Below are positions 26,416-40,360 of a DNA stretch of 64,000 bases, piece by piece. The DNA comes from Ginglymostoma cirratum (Eukaryota): the NCBI GenBank assembly GCA_024137785.1, contig JAHRHZ010000139.1, positions 35,659,438 to 35,723,437 of the forward strand, read 5' to 3'. Position 1 is the first letter of the stretch. Each line of letters opens with the position of its first letter. The translations under genes and the position numbers were made by a program. The notes under the pieces are model-generated. The model searched no databases and had not been told where the DNA came from. It saw only the letters and a list, made by a program, of their open reading frames with translations.

Positions 26416-26875
26416 AGGAGGCAATGGCCAAGTGGTATTGTTTAATCTAAAGATCCAGATAATGTTCTGGGGACACAGGTTCAAATCCCATCACAACAGG
26501 TGGTGGAATTTAAATTTGATAAAGGAAATCTGGAATTAAGAGTCTAATAATAACCATGAATCCATAATTAGAAAATTCCCATCTGGTTCACTGCCACCCT
26601 TGAATCTAGTTTGTGTTTGCAGAAATGCAATTCTCTTATTATAATATTTCATTTACCTCTTAACTCCTCTGGTATTTTCTGCATCTATCACAAGTTCCTT
26701 ACATAACCCCCCCTTTAGGCAAAGGAACTGCCATTCTTACCTGATCTGATCTACATGTGACTCCAGATCCACAGCAATGCGGTTGACTCTTAAATGCTCT
26801 CTGGACAATTAAGGATGAGCAAATAAATTCTGTCTCAGCCAGTGACACCCGCACCCCATGAATGAATTAAAAAAA
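26416..26875 (+). mobile_element. Subfamily A SINE interrupted by a ~110 bp local duplication
   Basis: Head aggaggcaatggccaagtggtatt and tail acaattaaggatgagcaaataaa..atgaatgaattaaaa match 7128-7493; foreign insert at ~26598-26708. Confidence 0.8.
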
Positions 26876-27206
26876 CTGACATTAATTGAGTGACCAATTT
26901 TATTTTAAATAACAAAAATAAATTTCATTCTCACTGGACTAGTAAGAATTATTTTCTTTTTCCCTTGTCAAATGAATGGAACTACTGGCTCAGGCTAAAT
27001 GATATCCTGCGACAGGTTTCTGCTTATTCTGGTCTTTTACTTTATTTCAAGGTCTTTAATCTAATTCCTGAAAATATTACAGCATTGTAGAAATTTGAAA
27101 GCTTTTTTTAATGATTTAAGCATAATTTTTGGATGCAAAATTTAAAACGTGGACTGTTGATCTTAAATGGATTTCAAAGCGTCCAGTCTTTCTAGCAGTC
27201 CCAACC

Positions 27207-30200
27207 GGAGAGGCGATGTCCTAGTGATATTAACATTGACTATTAATCTAGAAACTCAGCTAATATTTGAAGGACCTGGGTTTGAGTCTTGCCGTGGCAG
27301 ATGGTGGAATGTGAATTCAATTTTTAAAAATCTGCGATTAAGAATCAACTGATGACCAAGAAACCATTATCAATTGTTGGAAAATAAAGCCCTGGTTCAC
27401 TAATACCATTTAGGGAAGGAAATCTGCTATCGTCATCTGGTTTGGCCTACATCTGACTCCAGATCCACATGCCATGTGGTTGATTCTCACTGGCCTAGCA
27501 AGCCATTCAGTTTTATCAATCACTACAAAGTCTCCATCTAGCGACCGGAAAAGACAACGGCAGAAACAGTCCTGTCGACCCTGCAGAGTCCTCCTCTCTA
27601 ACGTCTGGGACCCAGTGGTAAAATTGAGCGAGCTGTCTCACAAACTAGTCAAGCAACAGCCTGATGCGGTCATACTCATGAAATCATACCTGACAGATAA
27701 TGTCTCAGACACCACCATCACCATCCCTGGTAATGCCCTGTCCCACCGGCAGGACAGACCCAGCAGAGGTGCAGCACAATGGTATATGGTCGGGAGGGAG
27801 TTGCCTCAATATTTCCAGTCCCCTGTGAAGCCTCATTGCTTCAGGTTAAACATGGACAAGGAAACCTCTTACTGATTACCATGGACTGTCTCCTCCAGGT
27901 TGAACAACACTTGGAGGAAGCACTGAGGAAGTCAAGGGCACAAAATGTACTCTGGGTGGGGGATTTCAATGTCCACCATGAAGAGCGGCTTGGCAGCAGT
28001 ACTACTGACCGAGCTGGTCAGTGCTAAAATACATAGCCGTTAGACTGAGTCTTCAGCAGATTGTGAGGGAACCAGCAAGAGGGAAAAACTTATTTGATCT
28101 CATCCTTATCAATCTGTTAGCTGCAGATGCATTTGTCCATGACAGTACCAGTAACAGTGACCACCACACAGTCCTTGTGGGGATGAATTTCCACTTTCTA
28201 ATTGAGAATGACCTCTATCATGTTGTGTGGCACTATTAAGGTGCTGAATGGGACAGATTTTGAATAGATCTAGCAACTCAAAACTGGGTATCCATGAGGC
28301 ACTATAGGCCATCAACAGCAGCAGAATTGTACTCCAGCACAATCTGTAACCTCATGGTCTGGCATATCCTCCACTCAAGCATTACCATCAAGCCATGAAG
28401 TTCAACAGAGAGTGCATCAGCGCATGCCAGAAGCAGCACCAGGCATACCTGAAAATGAGGTGTCAACCTGGTAAAGTCACCAAACAGGGCTATTGCACGC
28501 CAAACAGCATAAACAGCAAGTGATAGACAGAGCTAAGTGATCGCACAACCAACAGATTGAATCTGAGTTCTGCAGTCCTGCCACATCCAGTCGTGAATGG
28601 TGGTAGACAAGTAAATAACTCACTGCAGGAGAAGCCTCTACAAAAATCCCCATCCTCAATGATGGAAGAGCCCAGCACATCAGTGCAAACGAAAGGGCTG
28701 AAGCATTCGCAGAAATCTTCAGCCAGATTTGCCGAGTGGATGATCCATCTCAGCCTCCTCCGGCGGTCCCCAGTATCACAGATACCAGTCTTCAGCCAAT
28801 TCCATTCATTCCATGAGATATTAAGAATCAGTTGGAGGCACAGGATACTGCAAAGGCTACAGGCCCTGACAACATTCCGGCAATAGTACTGAAGACTTGT
28901 GCTCGAGAACTTGCACCCCCCCCCCCCCACCACCGATCCAGTGCAGTTACGACACTGACATCTACCCGACCATGTGAAAAATTGCCCAAGTATGTCCCGT
29001 ACATAAAAAGTAGGACAAATCCAACCTAGCCAATTACCACCCCATCAGTCTCCTCTCGATCATCAGTAAAGTGATGGAAGGTGTCATCAATAATGCTGTC
29101 AAGCAGCACGTATTCAGCAATAACCTGCTCAGTGATGCCCATTTTGGGTTCCACCAGGGCCACTCAGCTCCTGACCTCATTACAGCCTTGGTTCAAACAT
29201 GGACAAAAGAGCTCAATTCCAGAGGTGAGGTGAGAGTGACAGCCCTTGACATCCAGGCTGCATTCGACCAAGAGTGACATCAGGTAGAGCGAGCAAAATT
29301 TGAATCAATAGGTATAAGATGGCAAATTCTGTGGTGGTTGGAATCATATTTGGCAAATAAGAAGATGTCTGTGGTTGTTGGAGGTCACTCATCTCAGCTC
29401 CAAGCCATCTCTGCAAGAGTTCTTCAGGGTAGTGACATAGCCGTAACCATCTTCAGCTGCTTCATCAATAACCTTCCCCCTGTCATAAGGTCAGAAGTGG
29501 GGATGTTCACTGACAATGTTCAGCACCATTCACAACTCCTCAGATACTGAAGCAGTCCATGTTCACATGCAACAAGATCTGGACAATATCCAGGCTTGGG
29601 CTGACAAGTGGCAAGTAACATTCCCCCTGCACAAATGCCTAGCTATGACCATCACCAATAAGAGACAATCTAACCACTGCCCCTTGACAATCAGTGGTGG
29701 TATAATCACTGAAATCCCCCCACAGTCAACATCCTGGGGGTTACCATTGACCAGAAACTCAAGTGGACTCACCACATAAAGAAGTGGCTACTAAAGCAGG
29801 TAAGAGCCTAGGAATACTGCAGCGAGTAACTCACCCCCGAACCCCCTCCCACCACCAGAGCCTATCCGCCATCCACAAGGCACAATCAGGAGTGTGATGG
29901 AATACTCCCCACTTGCTTGGATGGGTACAGCTCCAACAACACTCAAGATACTTAACACCATCCAGGACAAAGCAGCCCACTTGATTGGCACTGCATCCAT
30001 AGCATCAACTCCCTCCAGAAACGGTGCTCAGTAGCAGCAGTTTGTATTATCTGCAAGATGCACTGCAGAAATTCACCAAAGATCCTCAAACAGCACCTTC
30101 CAAACCCATGACCACTACCATCTAGAAGGACGAGGAATGCCACCAATTTCAAGTTCCCCTCCAAACCTCTCATCGTCCTGTCTTGGAAATATATCACTGT

Positions 30201-30390
30201 TCTTTCATTGTTACTGGGTCAAAATCCTTGAATTCCCTCCCTAATGCCATTGTGGGTCAACTGACAGCAGGTGTACTGCAGCAGTTTCTGAAAGCAGCTC
30301 ACCACCACCTTCTCAAAGGCAACTAGGGATGGGCAATAAATGCTGGCCCAGCCAGTGACGCCACATCCACCAAAATGATAACAAAAAATA
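27207..30390 (+). mobile_element. CR1/L2-group LINE with tRNA-derived 5' head, no ORF1, decayed APE-RT ORF
   Basis: 5' ~290 bp matches SINE 7128-7410; APE (NVWDPVVKLSELSHKLVKQQPDAVIL, WVGDFNVHH, SDHHTVLV); RT (KATGPDNIP, ALDIQAAFD, VLQGS, QQDLDNIQAWADKWQVTF); 3' tail ggcaactagggatgggcaataaatgctggcccagccagtgacgcc. Confidence 0.9.
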
Positions 30391-32574
30391 TTAGAGACCC
30401 AAGTTGTTCAAAAAATATTCTCCTGACAATCGTTACATTTGATCTCCCTGCAGCATTGGCATAGAACCTTAAGAAAACAGTGCCAGCAGACAGGAGGGGA
30501 AGGGTGTTTGATTAAATAGATGATACTGCAGAGGTTGTGTGTGACTGGGTAACCCGATTGAAAGGGAAACGCCTGGAGTTTGAGCATTCCTCTCTCAATA
30601 CGGGAAGTACACAGAATTATTAAGGAGTATACATATTATAATAAAACATAACATTAAGGATTTACTTCAACTAATGCAGAATTTGAAGTGTTAAGATTAT
30701 AACTCATTTAATGTAGAATTTGAATCTGTGCCCCAAGCAAAAATGTAAACAACTTCCTACAGGGTACAGGAATATATACAAAGCCTTGAAATTACTTGCT
30801 GTGTGCCAAGAGCTTTGAGTAAAATTACAAAGTACACAAAGACCCAGGCACTGATTTGATCCTCGTCCTCAAAGAATCTGAAGACAATGGTGAAGTGTTT
30901 ACCTAAAACAAGAGAGATTCTATAAATTTGGCCTTTACTTAAACGTTGAGACAGACCTAGCCATTGCTGTACAAGTAGAGAGTAGATAAAGATGTCTTGT
31001 AGCTGAGATAATACAAAAATTGTAATTTATAGATTGACTGTCAGAACGTTCATCCCAAGACCAGAAAGGACAAAGCTTTGAAAGTACTAAACTAAAACCA
31101 TCCTCACCAAACCAAGACATTGATCGCCTAATCTCTGATCCCAAATGGGCTAGGGAGGCAATGTCATTCACTGGTTTGATATAATCAAGGAGATCGGAAA
31201 GCCATACAGACATTAAAGTTCAGTACTTCCTATTGTTCTGCAATATCAGCTAGTCAAGGGTTGGGAAAACGATACACATTCAAACAAGGGGACCAGTCTC
31301 AATAGATGAGGTGTCAAATGGTGGAAGCAAGAAAGCAACGTGGAGGCAGACAACTACAAGATTGGCACATCAGGGCAACTCCCACTCTCTCTCTCTCTCT
31401 CTCTCCCTCCCCAACCAGGACTGAAAAAAGTTGTACATCCCAAGGAATGGGTATGGCTCCAAGGATGCTGACCAGAGGAGACATGATGGGGTGAACACTT
31501 TATTCGTAACCTGCAGAACACTCAACCAAATGTCATACCAAGAATTGACCCACGTCTCCCACGGTAATTTTTGAGAGTTTAACAACTGTTTCGTAATTAG
31601 TCATAAGTACAGTTAACATTTATTGTGCAATATTTGGATTCACTTTATGTATTAAACAATATCTTCTTATTCAAAAATCTGAAACTGGTGTAGATTGCAT
31701 TATTCACCATTCTTCAATGTTTTCTTAAAGGTAAGTTCAGACCTTTGACTGTGAGTTCGGATGTGACCAGGAAGCTGAATGATCAGAAACATCCTACAAT
31801 GCTATTTTTGTATATAATTTGTTCAGATATTCTACAGTTCTAAGTGGATTTGTCACTGGACCCATTTCTAGGTAGACTATTTTACATTTCTTCCTTGACA
31901 AATTTGTATAAGCAACATTTATTTCTGCATTTAATTCTGGATGAATTGACTATTTAAATTGCTTTACATTTTATAACATTTTTGACATTAGTCTAATATA
32001 ATCCTTTTATTCTTCTAATACTCTTAAGCAATCATTATCAAAGTTGTAGAATCACTGTATACCTCGGGATCCAAAACTTTATTCAAATTCTAAAATTATG
32101 TACTGATAGCAGTTAACTCTGAGTGGTTACTCAGCCATAATATAACTAATGGAATATTTCAATGAGATCTAATTTTGTTTATTCTAAATACCCCTGGAAG
32201 TGAGGACATTTTATTTTGGGACCAAGTGTATAGTTAATAACACAGTCTGAGCTCCTATAGTTAGTCAAAATCACTTTGAGTTCATGATTGAGACAGGCAA
32301 TAAACTGAGCTTGACAGGTAAATAAAGACGACAGAATCATTATAACTGAAGACATAACAAACTCATTCAGCTATCGATTATAGAGTAAAACATGTTCATG
32401 TTTGAGCCACCAGTAATTTTGCACTCCTGTAATTGTTGGATGTGAAGAGCAAAATTGTAAAAATTGTAATTGTAAAAATGTCATTCACTCCAATAAGGCA
32501 ACAAAGATAATGTCATAATGCAACTCAGGGTTGAGTGAGGAGTATTTGTTTAAACATCCTTATGTGATGTTAGA

Positions 32575-34030
32575 AATCCAAATCAAATTGAGATGAAGTG
32601 AGAGCCATTGCTGTTGATATCTAGGCAGCATTTAACAAAGCTTGGCACAGTGGGAATTGGGGGAAACTCTCCAAAGGTTGGAATCATACATAGATTAAAG
32701 GAAAATGGAGGTCAATCATCTCAGCCCTAGTACACAGAATTCTTACAGTGCTGAAAGAGGTCACTTGGTCCATCAAGTCCGCACAGACCTTCTGAAGAGC
32801 ATCCAACCCTGACGCAGCCTCCTACCCTATCCCTGTAACTCCACATTTACCATAGCTAGCCCTCCTAACCTGCACAACTCTGGACACTGCAGGTCAATTT
32901 AGCACGGCCAAATCATGTACCCTGCAAATCTTTGGACTGTAGGAGGAAACTGGTGCACCCGGGGAAAACCCAGACACGGAGAGAGCATGCAAATTCCACA
33001 CAGACGGTCACCCGAGGCTGGAATCGAACCCTGGGTCAGAAGCAGCAGTACTAGCCACTCAGCCACCATGTCGTCCATGACATTACCGAGGAATTCTTCA
33101 TGCTAATGAACTGAACCCTACTACCTTTCATTGCTTCTTCAATGGCCGTTCCTCCATCTTAAGGTCAGAACTGGGGATGTTTGATGATGATTACACAATC
33201 TTCAGTACCATTCATGATTCCTCAGATATTAAAGCTGCCATATGCAGAACAACATTCAGGCTCAGGCTGACAAGTAGCTAGTAATATTCATGCAACGCAA
33301 GTGCTAGTCAATGACCATCTCCACAAGAGAAAATCTAACTATCTCCCCTTGGCCAGGCACATTAGTCCCATCACTGTATCCTCCACTATCAAAATCCAGG
33401 AGAATACCTTATACCAGAAATCAAACTGGATTAGCCATACAAATACTGTGGCTACAAGAGCTGGTCGGAGGATTGGAAATCTGCAGTGTGTAACTCATCT
33501 AACTCCCCAAGGCCACTAACCATAAGGCACACTTCAGAAATGCAATACTCTCCAATTGCCTAAACTCAGAAATCTTAAACAACATTCAAATAGCTTGGAA
33601 ACATCCAGGATAAAGCAGCCCACTTGACTGGTGCTCCATCTTTCACTCCCTCCATCACTGAAGCACAGTGGAATTATTTTGTACCATCTGTAAGGTGCAT
33701 TACAGCAACTTGTCAAGTCTTGTTCGAAAGCACCTTCTAAAACCGTGACCATTAGCACCTCAGAGGACATGGGCAGAAGATACATAGGAACATCACATCA
33801 GCAAGTTCTTCTGTAAGCCACAGGTGACACTGATGCAGGACTATACCCTTGTTCCTTCAACATTGCTGGACTGAATCCTGGATCCTTTCTAACTGTACTG
33901 TGGGTCCACTTACATGACATGGGCAACAGCGGGCCAAGAAGACAACTTACCAACACTTTCCCAAAGGCCATTAGGGATGGGCATCAAATACTGATCTAGT
34001 CAGTGACACCCATATTTCTGAAAGAAATAA
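32575..34030 (+). mobile_element. Older, more decayed 3' portion of the same LINE family, interrupted by an HE1-type SINE
   Basis: aggtcagaactggggatgtttgatgatgattacacaat, catccaggataaagcagcccacttgactgg and tail ggccattagggatgggcatcaaatactg parallel 29200-30390. Confidence 0.75.
32735..33070 (-). mobile_element. HE1/V-SINE-type SINE nested in a LINE
   Basis: tttggactgtaggaggaaactggtgcacccggggaaaaccc..ggaatcgaaccctgg..agcagcagtactagccactcagccacc. Confidence 0.85.
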
Positions 34031-37000
34031 TTTTTAAAAATTTTGCATATAAATGTAGCACAGACTGATTACAAAATTTATTGAATGAAATTGGCGCTAA
34101 GAATCAAAAAACACATCTTAACAAAAATGGGAAGTCAGCAGAAGTCTCCAACAAAAAGGCACAAAATATTTTTGCCTTTTTAAAAATCACTCCTCGCCCT
34201 GACTTAAAACCTCCATAACAACCTTGGTATTATTTACAAATCTGAATATTCTGAGTTCTGTTTCCAAATCATTAACACTGGTATCATTGATGCTACTTAC
34301 ATAGAATTAGGCAGAATTTACAGCACAGCAACAAGCAATTTGGCCCACTCAGTCTGTCCTCCAGTTTATACAATTCAATATATTTCAACCTTTTCATATA
34401 ACTTTCTATTTCCTTTGCTCACGCGTTTCCTCTGGAAAGTATCTCAGCTATTTACCTCAACCCATTCCTGATGTGACAGAATCCGTGGTCAGAATTTATA
34501 CTTTCTGGGATAGATCCTTGTTGAAGAGACAAACTGATGAAGGAGCCTGATCATCCTAGGTGCTAAGGAAGTTAAGATTGGAAACTAAAACTTGTGATTG
34601 AACTTGTGTGATGAGTCCAGCAGTATATTTAGGCTGAAGAAGACACATGCTAGCTCCAGAAGCTGCGAATATTCAAAGATATGGTTATTGTCGCCAAATA
34701 CACTGCTTAAAGATAGTCTGGATGGTGTAGATCCATTATTCTTAACAATAGCAGCATTGAGGAAGTTCTGCAGGCATGTGCTATTTTTGGTGTAAAGCAT
34801 GTCCATGGAACTCATTTTGGCTATGTGATGTAGCCAGCTGAGAGATCAAGTTAAATCCTAGAAGAATTGTTAAAATTCTTTGTGAGGGAGATAATGTTTT
34901 CAAGGACTTTGTGATTAAGATTGCTGAGTGGACTGCTGGACCAATTCGAAAGATCTAATGATCGTATCTGCACGCTATTGATGTGTAATTTACATTTTAT
35001 AACTGACTGCAATTTTCCTGTTAATTCACATTTAAGTTGCATTGATTTGAGGTTTTAAATTAAAGGAAGTTGTTTCCAAATAGATTTAGTCAATGCTTCG
35101 TTTTATTTTAGGTGACGAAATCTTGTGGTTTCCTTCTTTCAGTATGTAACTGGGATTTTGGAATTCATCTCTTTCTAAAATTATGATACTGGCCTTGACC
35201 AAGACTTTTACATTCTAACCACTCTGACAAAATAAATTCCTGTTTCTTTACATTTAGAATTATTAGTAATGATTATATCATAATTTAGGATTCTCTGCCA
35301 ATTGAATCAGACGTTCTTCAAGAACATGAGCATTTGGAGTTGGGTAAATTCCATTCCCATAAAACCATTTCGGTTAGGGAGGTCAGGTAGGACTTGGACT
35401 AAGTTGAGTCCATTGCCTCCGGAGGCAAGCCTGAGGTAGCAAGGAAGGTGGGCTTAGCAAGCTAGAAGGCCAACCTCCAATTATTCAGACATTGGGTGTA
35501 ATAGCGACTATCAGTCCCTCGAACTCTCACTTCATTATGAATGCTTGTCTGGGATTCAAGGTTGACAAAGCCACTTAGTTCAGCAGAAAATGTTTACACG
35601 GCTTGAAGGGCATTGGCAGCATTGTTTAAATGTCATCTATCTATACCAAGCTAATTTATCTCCATGTTTATCAAATGTGTGGGCTTGTTTACACAAATTT
35701 AAGAGGTGTAATATGAATAAATGCTTGTTGAAATTAATACAATGAATATTATTGATTGACAGTTTATGCAAAGGTAAAAAGGGCAATGCACTTCAAGCAG
35801 AATGATTTTTCTTTTAGTTTCCAACAGGCAACCAGAGATCAACATGATCAAATACTCTATCACAAAGCAGCGAAACAAATCTACTAGTGGAATGGACCCA
35901 ACTCCATTCAAATTTTTGGGGGGTAGTGGGTGGTTCTGGGGTTGGAGTGGTTCCAATGGAACTGGCAACGGTAGGAGCACTGTGCAGCTAACTATGCCTT
36001 TCATCACACACAGAGAAAATTGCCAGAAACAGGAATTTGAGGGGCGGGAGGCGGCAAGGATCCTGGAATCCTATTTCCCATTTCTGAAGGCTTTCTGTTT
36101 CAGCAAAGTCCAGAACAATCGCCCCAACATTTACCCTGTCAATCCAATCATTAGCTTGATGTATTCTGTCAGGTTTCTTCTGAGGCTTCCTTTTTACAAA
36201 GAAAAATGCTCCAATACATTCAACTATCCTGATTGCAGTATTTTATCCATTCTGGTATGAACCTTGTAAACATTTTTGTACTTCCTCCCATGTTTCTATG
36301 TTCTTCTTATGATAAGAGACCAGGGGCAAGATTTTTGTGACTCAAATCAGACTACAACGGAGGCCAGAAAATATTGTGACAACATTGTGTGACCTTGTCT
36401 CCATTCCTGACATAGGAAACCTCCATGAAAGTGAGGATAGCATGGGCCTGTGAACTCTTCTGTGCTTCTATCAATGTTTTGTCAAAGATCATCTTCTGGA
36501 AATTTTTGGAATTTGGTGGAATATTTCTGCTAACCAGCTAAAGATAGGTATGGACCAAGTTGGAGGTGAGACATAGAGACCAGAAGCATTTCTAAAATGC
36601 TGACCATAGTTTAAAGGGAATACCACTTTTGAGAAAAAAGTTGCAGCAGCTTGTTACAGATTAAATGCAGCCTCAACATGAAATACCTTGTCAGCTCAGG
36701 GGATCATCATCCTCCCTGCAGCGCAAGGGCAATGGGCCAAGTGGAAAGGCTGCTTGGAGCACCAGAAGATTCTGGCAGGAAATAGATGTTGCGCCTTTAG
36801 AAATCGAGGCCATTGATGACAAGTAGCAGCTTCCACAGGAAGGGTTGAATGCTGGGCAACAAGAGACTGGAGAGGGACAAGGTGCACAAGAGAGAAGCAG
36901 ATGGTATTCCAAGAATAGGCAGAAGCAAAGACAAGTGGACATGAGAAAATACAGGGCTGGGGGAGAAGCACAGGGAAGTGGGACTAATAGAATGGGTCCA

Positions 37001-37385
37001 CGAAGAGCCAGCATTGACATGATAGTTTGAATCTCTACACTTCATTTTTTAGTCATGATTTTATGGATGAGTTTAAGCTGCATTGTATGGAGATTTCCCC
37101 TATGTGGGACAAAACCAACTGTTCATCTATAAAGAATGGCTATTTAAATTGTTTCACAATTAAAAGGCACAGTAAAATGTCTGACCCAATGTTGTGGTTT
37201 AATAAAAGTTATACAAAGCGACTGACCCACATAACACCACACGACTGGGTGCTTGATGTAACCAAGGAGGAAATAACTACTTCCTTATCTATTTTGGTTG
37301 TCTTTTAACCTCTTCAACCACGATGGTGTCTGTATTACATGCCTGACCCTATACGTGGCTTCTAGCTGCTAAAATAATGTAAAAT

Positions 37386-39088
37386 TATTTCTCCCCTGTG
37401 TTTACCGTGGACAAAGACATGAAAACTTGGGAACTTGGGGAAGTTAGTGGCAATATCTTGGGGACAGTCCATTTCATAGTAGATGAGGCGTTGGAAGTAT
37501 TAGAATGTATGAAGGTGGATTAATCTCCTGGTCCTGACCAGATATATCCAAGAACCCTGAAAGAGACTAGAGTAGAAACTGTGGAGCCCTGGCTGATATA
37601 TTTGCATCATCATTAGCCACGGGTGAGGTTCTGGAAGACTGGAGGGTTTCAAATGTTGCGTCCTTATTCAAGAAGGGCTGCAAAGAAAATCCTGGGAATT
37701 ATAGGCCAGTAAGTCTAACATCTGCAGTAAGTGAGTTACTTGAGACGATTCTGAGGGATAAGATGTACATGCATTTGGAAATACAGCGTTTGATTAACAG
37801 TAGTCAGCATGGCTTCGTGCATGCGAGATCATGCCTCACAAATTTGTTAGAGTTCATTAATGAAGTGACCAGGAAGGTTGATGAGGGCAGGGGTAGACGT
37901 AGCCTACATGGATTTCAATATGGCCTTTGATAAGGTTCCACATGGTAGGCTGCTCTGGAAGGTTAGATCGCATGGAATCCAGGGAAAGCTGGCAAATTAG
38001 ATACACAATTGACTTGATAGTAGGAAGCAGAGGGTAATACTCAAAAGATGCTTGTCTGACTGGAGGCCTGTGACTAGAGGTGTGCCTCAGGGGTAGGTGC
38101 TGGGCCCAGTGCTGTTTGTGATCTATGTCAATGATTTGGATGAGAATGTACAAGACATGATTAGTAAGTTTGCGGATGACACTAAAATAGGCGGTATCAT
38201 GGACAGTGAGGAAGGTTATCAGTAATTGCAGCAGGATATTGATCAGCTGGGGAAGTGGATCAAGAAATGGCAAATACAATTTAAGATAGATGAGTGTGAG
38301 GTGTTGCATTTTGGAAAGTCAGATCAAGGTAGGAGTTTCATGGTGAACGGTAGGGCCTTAAGGAGTGTAGCAGAACAAAGGGACCTTGGAGTTCAGGTAC
38401 ACAGTTCACTGAAAGTGGAGTCACAGGTTGACAGGGCAGTGAAGAAGGCTTTTGGCACACTGGCTTTCATCAGTCGGGGCTCTGAGTATAGAAGTTGGGA
38501 AGTTATGTTGCTGTTGGATAGGACTTTGGTGAGGTTGCACTTGGAGTATTACATTTAGTTTTGGTCACCTTGCTATAAGAAGGATGCTATTAAATTGGAA
38601 AGAATGCAGAGGAGATTTACAAGAATGTTGCCAGGACTCAAGGGACTGAGTTACAGGGAGAGGCTGGATAAGCTAGGACATTTTTCTTTAGAGTGTAGGA
38701 GATCGAAGGGGGATCTTACAGAAGTGTATAACATCATGAGAGGCATGGATAGGGTGAATACATCATTCTTTTTCCCAGGGTTGGGGAATTGAGGGGAATC
38801 AGTTTAAGGTACGAGGGGAAAGAATACATGGGAACCTGAGGGACAACCTTTTTACACAGAGGGTGGTACGCATATGGAATGAGCTGCCAGCGGAAGTGGT
38901 TGAGGCAGGTACATTATCAACATTTAAAAGGCATTTGGACCAATAAATGGATAGGTAATGTTTAGAAGGATATGGGCCAAGTGCAGAGAAATGTTGTTAG
39001 CGCGGATGGACATTTTGGTTGGTATGGACTAGTTTGGGCTGAATGGCCTGTCTCTGTGCTGTGTGAGTCTATGACTCCATGACTCTAT
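37386..39088 (+). mobile_element. CR1-type (HER1-like) LINE, 5'-truncated RT region with 3' tail
   Basis: PGNYRPVSLTS, GVPQG*VLGP, SKFADDTKIG, QQDIDQLGKWIKKWQIQF, FSLECRRSKGDLTEVY; ends tggcctgtctctgtgctg...ctatgactccatgactctat. Confidence 0.92.
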
Positions 39089-39994
39089 AAGAGATCTCTA
39101 TTTCTTACCACTGATCTCTCTCTATGTGATCAACACAAAATGTTACCATGGTAGCTGGCATAGAAAGTACCTACATATGATCAGATCCAAACTGTTTCCT
39201 ATGTTTACTTTTGTAAATGTTAGCTTTTTTAATTCAAAAAAATGTAAAACTGAACAACAATATTGCATTGATAGAAAAATTAAATAGTAGCCATGAACTT
39301 ATGTACATCTGCTTTATATCTTGAGCTTTTTAAAAACCTGATACTTTTAGCTGCCCGCACTTGACTTTGCTTTTAATACAAATTGTGGAGTAGTTATGTT
39401 AATGCAATGAGGACGTCCTTGCTACCTGTGCCACTCTCACATCAAATTTTGTAAAAATTAGTTTGGCATTAGTAAGGCCATGCTCACCTGCAAGGAAAAT
39501 ATTAAAATTGAGTGCAAAGGAAATGAATGAGGAAACCAAGTTCATTACTCAAGGTATTGAGCCAGATTTTGGATTCAACAGCAAATTCACCATCGATTTG
39601 GAAGATTCTTAGAGTCTCTGTTGTATAGACTTCCACCTTCCTGTGTCAGTTTAAACCTGCAGTAAAGTCCAGGGGAACTCCAGACGTCCAGCAAAACTGA
39701 TAACATAAAGTAGGCAATCATATTGAAGAATTTTCACACACCCCCAATCAGGAAATTAAAAATACTGATTATCTTTCATTTTTAATTAAAAAAATCCAAG
39801 AAAACCAAATGATGATTTGGACATTCACATGGGATTAACACAAGAAGTTGAAATTTTATTTTTAAAAAATATAAATTTCTTTTCAACAAATATGCAGCAT
39901 TTTTAACACGATGGAGAAATTTAACATTTCACAAATATAAAGTTCGTTTTCTTAGGGCCAATTAAGCTGTTCAAAGAGAAAAGAAATCCCTCAG

Positions 39995-40360
39995 CACCAT
40001 CAGGCGTCTCAAAATACTTTGCAGCCAATTAAGTACTTCAAAGTTTAGTAATTTTGTAATGTAGCAAATTTTCACGCAGCAAGCTCCCACAAACAGCAAT
40101 GTAATAATAACCAATCATTTTTGTGTCAATGATTGAAGGATAAGCAATGACCAGGGACAACTCCCCTGGCTCTTTTTCAAAATAGGGATCCCTTCCATCC
40201 ATCTGAGAGAACAGACAGGGTCAGGTTTAACATCTGACCTGAAATGCAGGGTTAGCTACAGTGGAATATATTTTCAGTACCAAATTGGACCATGTCCATG
40301 TTAAACTCCTGGAATACGTCTTGAACCAGGCACCTTATGATTCAAAGAGTAGGGTGCTGC
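39995..40360 (-). mobile_element. DeuSINE-type (SacSINE1/AmnSINE-like) ancient SINE
   Basis: Minus strand agatgttaaacctgaccctgtctgttctctcagatggatggaagggatccctattttgaaaaagagccaggggagttgtccctgg resembles the Deu domain, followed by an L2-like tail (attgctgtttgtgggagcttgctgcgtg). Confidence 0.7.

Noticed and set aside
34851-35042. IRSLDLSN in a minus-strand ORF suggested a leucine-rich-repeat/TLR fragment
   Set aside because: Single motif, no LRR periodicity in adjacent sequence and no splice context.
35802-36260. 152 aa plus-strand ORF
   Set aside because: No recognisable domain; it runs through MITE-like and antisense CR1-like sequence.
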